From a virus (taxonomy: Duplodnaviria; Heunggongvirae; Uroviricota; Caudoviricetes): a DNA stretch of 11,476 bases. The notes beneath the pieces were generated by a model. That model was given only the letters and a program-made list of their open reading frames with translations, did no database searches and was not told the origin of the DNA. The translations under genes and the position numbers were made by a program. This document shows, in pieces, positions 6,912 through 11,476 of this stretch. The stretch covers positions 1 to 11,476 of the IMG/VR virus record IMGVR_UViG_2609460354_000010; one strand, written 5' to 3'. Numbering within the stretch: position 1 is the first letter of the stretch; each line of letters opens with the position of its first letter.

Positions 6912-6946
6912 TGATACCCGTCCTGCAAAAACTCCCTTTTTCTGGC

Positions 6947-6976
6947 TTGCCTTTTTCCGGCATTTGCGGATATAGT
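6947..6976 (+). promoter_or_regulatory. Candidate sigma70 promoter (PLE-like): -35 TTGCCT, 18-bp spacer, -10 TATAGT
   Basis: Hexamers read from the sequence; located between vis and the immunity leader. Only a motif match, not verified. Confidence 0.3.
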
Positions 6977-7002
6977 TTTTCCGCTGCCGCAAAATCGGCA
7001 GC

Positions 7003-7288
7003 CGGGCGTGAGAACCCGAGCAATTCACAGGCGACATATGACGCGCCACGCGTCTTTTTTTGTGTCGCAATCAATGCCACAGAGCGCCAGATTATGGTGT
7101 GGTGTGTGGTCAGTCGTGCAGATGGCATTCCGTGCATCCTGCCCGCGTCCGCTCATTATGCCGCAGAGTCAATGGTAGCTCAGGCGGGGCAGCCTCCGGG
7201 CTGGCCGGTATCCTGTGAAGCCGGTATTCTCACCCCCGTCTGGGCTATCGCCATCGAGCGTGAGAACTCCGGCGATAGCGTTATTTGC
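7003..7288 (+). ncRNA. Candidate P4-type RNA-immunity leader region (seqA/seqB/seqC-like elements and terminator hairpins); exact RNA ends unknown
   Basis: Direct repeat GCGTGAGAAC at 7006-7015 and 7258-7267. A segment at 7220-7233 (GCCGGTATTCTCAC) is complementary to both in 12 of 14 positions. Hairpin plus T7 at 7040-7061 (GACGCG-CCA-CGCGTC-TTTTTTT). Hairpin GCTATCGCC/GGCGATAGC (7244-7279) followed by TTATTT. No convincing coding frame across 6912-7309. Confidence 0.3.
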
Positions 7289-7309
7289 TATTCACAGGAG
7301 GCTGCCATC

Positions 7310-7507
7310 ATGGCTACAACCCTTACCCCCTCACACCCTGAATTTGTCTTTGTGTTTGCGGCTGTCCGTCGCACAGACCGTCATCCCCGTATCTGTATGC
7401 TTCGCACCGTCGCCGGTGATGAACGCAGCGCCCGCCGTTCCCTTGTCCGTGACTATGTGCTCTCCCTTGCTGCCCGTCTGCCGGTGGTGGAGGTGTCCCG
7501 TGCGTAA
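7310..7507 (+). CDS. kil: Small protein, 65 aa; Kil-like by position and size
   Basis: AGGAGG lies 8 nt upstream of the ATG and third-position codon bias is strong. It is the first gene after the immunity leader. The name is assigned from P4 synteny and size only. Confidence 0.6.
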   Translation: MATTLTPSHPEFVFVFAAVRRTDRHPRICMLRTVAGDERSARRSLVRDYVLSLAARLPVVEVSRA

Positions 7508-7787
7508 TAAAAAAGCCCCTCAGACCGTCTCAGCGCGTCATGACGCCCGTGAACACCTCAGCATTGAGGCTTACCATAAGCTCAACCGCGCCAGCGCCGT
7601 ATCCCAGTTTGTTGGGGGTGATTTGATTCACCGTGAACTCTCCGGCCTGCATCAGCTCTACATTCCGCATATTTTCAGTTACCTGAATGAAGATATTGAT
7701 TTTGTGCTGAATGAGCTGAAAGCCAAAGGCCTGTGCCGCGATTTTCTCGCCCAGCAGAAAGACCGGGGAGACAGGACGCATGTTTGA
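7500..7787 (+). CDS. epsilon: Small protein, 95 aa (GTG start); epsilon-like (antirepressor) by position
   Basis: GTG start 6 nt after GGTGGAGG, overlapping the kil stop; coding-like codon usage. The ORF track's longer 190-aa version has a low-complexity N-terminus that overlaps kil and the leader. The name is by synteny only. Confidence 0.55.
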   Translation: MRNKKAPQTVSARHDAREHLSIEAYHKLNRASAVSQFVGGDLIHRELSGLHQLYIPHIFSYLNEDIDFVLNELKAKGLCRDFLAQQKDRGDRTHV

Positions 7788-8235
7788 TTTTCCCCAGCCC
7801 GGTGAGATTTACCGTTCTGCCGGTTTTCCCGATGTGGCCGTGGTCGGCATTCTGGAAGACGGTATTCCGTGGGAAATGCCGTACCGCTGCCCGGACATTG
7901 TCTGGAACCCGTACCGCCGTAAATTCAGTATCCTTGTGCGTATCCTCGCTGACGGACGCACCACAGACATCCCGCTGGGGCGTTTTCTGCGGGAATTTAC
8001 CTGTGACCGTCCTGACCTGTTTAAACGCAGCCCCGTAAACCGGCATGCGGTACTGAAAGAAATGGCCGGAGACCCGGAATTACAGAAATGGCGGGAAAAA
8101 TATCTGGATATTTACCCGCAGGCCCCTGTTCCGGTCAGCCGGGCGGCACCGGTGGCGCGGGAATGGCGGGAAATTCCCCGCACGGAGCCTGACCCGGAAA
8201 TCACCCCGGATAACAGTTACCGCAATTATCTGTAA
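7780..8235 (+). CDS. Conserved hypothetical protein, 151 aa (P4 orf151-like)
   Basis: The ATG overlaps the upstream stop (ATGTTTGA), indicating translational coupling. Size and position match P4 orf151 as I recall it. Confidence 0.7.
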   Translation: MFDFPQPGEIYRSAGFPDVAVVGILEDGIPWEMPYRCPDIVWNPYRRKFSILVRILADGRTTDIPLGRFLREFTCDRPDLFKRSPVNRHAVLKEMAGDPELQKWREKYLDIYPQAPVPVSRAAPVAREWREIPRTEPDPEITPDNSYRNYL

Positions 8236-8370
8236 TTAAAAAACGACACCCGAAAAATTAAATGTGCGTATTCGCGCAGGGATACGCACGTCTTCAGGAG
8301 ACGCAGATATGCCTTATCAGTTAATGCAACCGGCACGGAATGCAGTCATCTGTCACAGGGAGGAAAGCAA

Positions 8371-8691
8371 ATGAAAACCCCCTTACCGCCCGTCTTACGC
8401 GCAGCCCTTTACCGTCGCGCTGTCGCCTGTGCCTGGCTGACCGTGTGCGAACGTCAGCACCGCTACCCGCATCTCACCCTTGAATCACTGGAGGCGGCCA
8501 TCGCCGCTGAGCTGGAAGGCTTTTATCTGCGCCAGCACGGTGAGGAAAAAGGGCGTCAGATAGCCTGTGCCCTGCTGGAAGATTTAATGGAATCCGGCCC
8601 CCTGAAGGCCGCGCCGTCGCTGTCCTTTCTCGGGCTGGTTGTGATGGATGAACTCTGTGCCCGTCACATAAAAGCGCCGGTACTGCACTGA
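8371..8691 (+). CDS. cnr: 106-aa protein immediately upstream of alpha; Cnr-like (copy number regulation)
   Basis: GGAGG-containing RBS before the ATG; 106 aa, directly preceding alpha as for P4 cnr (orf106) as I recall it. Confidence 0.65.
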
Positions 8692-8705
8692 AGGAGAACA
8701 ACACC

Positions 8706-11039
8706 ATGAAAATGAACGTAACCGCCACCGTCAGCCATGCACTCGGCCACTGGCCGCGTATTCTCCCGGCGCTGGGGATTCAGGTGCTGAAAAACCGTCA
8801 TCAGCCCTGTCCGGTCTGTGGCGGGAGTGACCGCTTCCGTTTTGATGACAGGGAGGGGCGCGGCACCTGGTACTGCAATCAGTGTGGTGCCGGTGACGGC
8901 CTGAAACTGGTTGAAAAGGTGTTTGGTGTTTCCCCGTCCGACGCGGCCACAAAGGTGGCTGCCGTGACCGGCAGTCTGCCCCCGGCTGACCCGGCAGTGA
9001 CGGCCGCCGCCGTTGCTGAAACAGAAGCCGCCCGGAAGAACGCCGCCGCACTGGCACAAACCCTGATGGCGAAAACCCGTCCCGGAACCGGTAACGCCTA
9101 CCTGACCCGCAAGGGCTTTCCCGGCCGGGAATGCCGGATGCTGACCGGCACACACAGAGCCGGTGGCGTGAGCTGGCGCGCCGGTGACCTTGTGGTGCCA
9201 CTGTATGACGACAGCGGCGAACTGGTTAACCTTCAGTTAATCAGTGCTGACGGCCGTAAGCGCACCCTGAAAGGCGGACAGGTCAGGGGCACCTGTCACA
9301 TCCTTGAAGGACAGAATCAGGCCGGAAAACGTCTGTGGATAGCGGAGGGATACGCGACCGCACTTACCGTACATCACCTGACCGGTGAAACGGTGATGGT
9401 GGCGCTTTCTTCCGTGAACCTCCTTTCTCTGGCCAGCCTTGCCCGGCAGAAGCATCCGGCCTGTCAGATTGTCCTTGCCGCAGACCGTGACCTCAGCGGT
9501 GACGGCCAGAAAAAAGCCGCCGCAGCCGCAGATGCGTGTGAGGGTGTTGTTGCCCTGCCGCCGGTCTTCGGTGACTGGAATGATGCCTTCACGCAGTACG
9601 GCGGGGAAGCCACCCGTAAGGCCATTTATGATGCCATCCGGCCACCGGCTGAAAGCCCGTTCGACACCATGAGCGAAGCGGAGTTTTCCGCCATGAGTAC
9701 CAGCGAAAAGGCCATGCGTATCTATGAGCATTACGGCGAGGCGCTCGCGGTCGATGCCAACGGCCAGCTTCTGTCCCGCTATGAAAATGGTGTCTGGAAG
9801 GTGCTGCCGCCACAGGACTTTGCCCGGGATGTGGCCGGGCTGTTTCAGCGGCTGCGTGCGCCGTTCTCCTCCGGGAAGGTGGCCTCCGTGGTGGACACCC
9901 TGAAGCTGATTATTCCGCAGCAGGAAGCCCCCTCCCGCCGCCTGATTGGCTTTCGTAACGGCGTGCTCGACACGCAGAACGGCACGTTCCACCCGCACAG
10001 TCCGTCACACTGGATGCGCACCCTGTGCGATGTGGATTTCACCCCGCCGGTGGAAGGGGAAACGCTGGAAACCCACGCCCCCGCGTTCTGGCGCTGGCTT
10101 GACCGTGCCGCCGGTGGCCGTGCGGAAAAACGCGACGTGATTCTGGCCGCACTGTTTATGGTGCTGGCAAACCGCTACGACTGGCAGCTCTTTCTGGAGG
10201 TGACCGGTCCCGGCGGCAGCGGCAAAAGTATCATGGCCGAAATAGCCACCCTGCTGGCCGGTGAGGATAACGCCACGTCGGCCACCATCGAGACGCTGGA
10301 ATCCCCGCGTGAACGTGCCGCGTTAACTGGCTTCTCACTGATACGCCTGCCGGACCAGGAAAAATGGAGCGGCGACGGAGCCGGACTCAAGGCCATCACC
10401 GGCGGCGATGCAGTGTCCGTTGACCCGAAATACCGGGATGCGTACTCCACGCACATCCCGGCGGTGATTCTGGCCGTGAACAATAACCCGATGCGCTTCA
10501 CCGACCGCAGCGGCGGCGTGTCACGCCGGCGGGTGATTATTCACTTCCCGGAACAGATAGCCCCGCAGGAGCGCGACCCGCAGCTTAAGGACAAAATCAC
10601 CCGCGAGCTGGCGGTCATCGTGCGTCACCTGATGCAGAAATTCAGCGACCCGATGCTCGCCCGGTCACTGCTTCAGTCCCAGCAAAACTCAGACGAGGCG
10701 CTGAACATCAAACGGGATGCCGACCCGACGTTTGATTTTATCGGCTATCTGGAAACCCTGCCGCAGACCAGCGGCATGTATATGGGGAACGCCAGTATCA
10801 TCCCGCGTAATTACCGTAAATACCTCTATCACGCCTATCTGGCCTACATGGAGGCAAACGGCTACCGGAATGTACTCAGTCTGAAAATGTTCGGGCTGGG
10901 GCTGCCGGTGATGCTGAAGGAATACGGACTGAATTACGAGAAGCGCCATACCAAACAGGGGATACAGACCAACCTGACGCTGAAAGAGGAAAGCTACGGC
11001 GACTGGCTGCGTATTACCGTGAAGGAGATCGGTGAGTAA
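8706..11039 (+). CDS. alpha: Alpha replication protein (primase-helicase with C-terminal origin-binding domain), 777 aa
   Basis: 777 aa, as for P4 alpha. N-terminal zinc-binding CPVCGG...CNQCGAG (primase zinc finger), Walker A GPGGSGKS (helicase), AAGGAG RBS. The TGTTCACC iterons it would bind are at 6263-6366. Confidence 0.95.
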   Translation: MKMNVTATVSHALGHWPRILPALGIQVLKNRHQPCPVCGGSDRFRFDDREGRGTWYCNQCGAGDGLKLVEKVFGVSPSDAATKVAAVTGSLPPADPAVTAAAVAETEAARKNAAALAQTLMAKTRPGTGNAYLTRKGFPGRECRMLTGTHRAGGVSWRAGDLVVPLYDDSGELVNLQLISADGRKRTLKGGQVRGTCHILEGQNQAGKRLWIAEGYATALTVHHLTGETVMVALSSVNLLSLASLARQKHPACQIVLAADRDLSGDGQKKAAAAADACEGVVALPPVFGDWNDAFTQYGGEATRKAIYDAIRPPAESPFDTMSEAEFSAMSTSEKAMRIYEHYGEALAVDANGQLLSRYENGVWKVLPPQDFARDVAGLFQRLRAPFSSGKVASVVDTLKLIIPQQEAPSRRLIGFRNGVLDTQNGTFHPHSPSHWMRTLCDVDFTPPVEGETLETHAPAFWRWLDRAAGGRAEKRDVILAALFMVLANRYDWQLFLEVTGPGGSGKSIMAEIATLLAGEDNATSATIETLESPRERAALTGFSLIRLPDQEKWSGDGAGLKAITGGDAVSVDPKYRDAYSTHIPAVILAVNNNPMRFTDRSGGVSRRRVIIHFPEQIAPQERDPQLKDKITRELAVIVRHLMQKFSDPMLARSLLQSQQNSDEALNIKRDADPTFDFIGYLETLPQTSGMYMGNASIIPRNYRKYLYHAYLAYMEANGYRNVLSLKMFGLGLPVMLKEYGLNYEKRHTKQGIQTNLTLKEESYGDWLRITVKEIGE

Positions 11040-11083
11040 CGGCGTTTTTCAAGGTAGTTGTCGCCTTTTGTAATAAAATTACG

Positions 11084-11476
11084 TTATGCAGCCTCTTTTT
11101 CTGGATTCAGGTAGACTTCTGATATGTAGTCCCAGTTACGTAGATGCTTTCCCCAACGTTCAGGATGCTGTTCGCGTGCCAGCTGGTATACTGCTTTTCT
11201 GGCCGCCAGTATTTTCATATCATTACCTTGATGACGCTCGGCTGGCGTGACGTATTTGATCCCGCTGTGCTTATGTTCAAAGTTGTACCAGTTTACAAAA
11301 CGGTTTACCCATATTCTGGCATCATTAATAGTGCGAAAACCGTTCTCAGGCCACCAGGGACAATATTTGAGAGTCCGGAACAAAGATTCTGAGTAAGGAT
11401 TATCATTGCTGACTCTTGGCCGGGAATAAGAACTTAGCACACCAAGCGCATACATTTTCGCCAACAACGTGTAACT
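11084..11476 (-). CDS. IS3-family DDE transposase (OrfB), C-terminal part; gene continues beyond the window edge
   Basis: DNPYSESLFRTLK resembles the IS3-family catalytic-Glu region, with a C-terminal ...YVTPAE... tail. The reading frame is open to the window end. GC content differs from the satellite backbone. Confidence 0.8.
   Translation of the reverse strand, partial: SYTLLAKMYALGVLSSYSRPRVSNDNPYSESLFRTLKYCPWWPENGFRTINDARIWVNRFVNWYNFEHKHSGIKYVTPAERHQGNDMKILAARKAVYQLAREQHPERWGKHLRNWDYISEVYLNPEKEAA

Larger units (their letters stand above)
403..11083. mobile_element. P4-like phage satellite integrated at the 3' end of ssrA (left junction approximate; right end and attR not in window)
   Basis: Gene content and order match P4 as I recall it: int, cos, psu, delta, sid, divergent late promoters, iterons, vis, immunity leader, kil/epsilon/cnr-like genes and a 777-aa alpha. 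The satellite abuts a tmRNA gene, a known integration target for this integrase family. Confidence 0.85.

Noticed and set aside
6863-7507. 214-aa ORF spanning the immunity leader and kil
   Set aside because: Only the last 65 codons have an RBS (AGGAGG) and coding-like codon bias. The upstream part is full of hairpins and repeats and reads as non-coding leader.
7215-7787. 190-aa version of the epsilon-like ORF
   Set aside because: The N-terminal 95 residues are low-complexity and overlap kil in another frame. A GTG with a good RBS at 7500 gives a compact 95-aa protein.
8474-10949. Several minus-strand ORFs (84-253 aa) inside the cnr-like and alpha genes
   Set aside because: Antisense to the 777-aa alpha frame, Arg/Gly/Pro-rich translations with no recognisable motifs; GC-rich antisense artefacts.

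Overview
This window holds an E. coli-type tmRNA gene (ssrA, 40-402) with a P4-like phage satellite integrated at its 3' end. All calls come from reading the sequence and the supplied ORF track; no database search or folding was run. In order, the satellite carries: a tyrosine integrase (587-1783); an AT-rich cargo islet (~1600-3850, visibly lower GC than the flanks) encoding an overlapping ABC-type ATPase + HNH nuclease gene pair and a convergent DUF2188-like small gene; a P2/P4-type cos site (4033-4051, 18/19 match to the cohesive end as I recall it); the psu-delta-sid late operon on the minus strand; divergent late promoters with TGT-N12-ACA sites; a cluster of six TGTTCACC iterons (crr-like); vis; an RNA-immunity-type leader region; kil-, epsilon-, orf151- and cnr-like genes; and the alpha primase-helicase (777 aa). 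About 44 bp after alpha, an IS3-family transposase gene begins on the minus strand and runs off the window, where P4 ori1 and attR would be expected. The main candidate for a new system is the ATPase + HNH pair: it sits where P4-like satellites carry anti-phage cargo and has a Septu-like (PtuA/PtuB) layout, but with a compact ATPase and an HNN-variant nuclease motif. Gene names for the small regulatory ORFs rest on size and synteny with P4 as I recall it, not on alignment.
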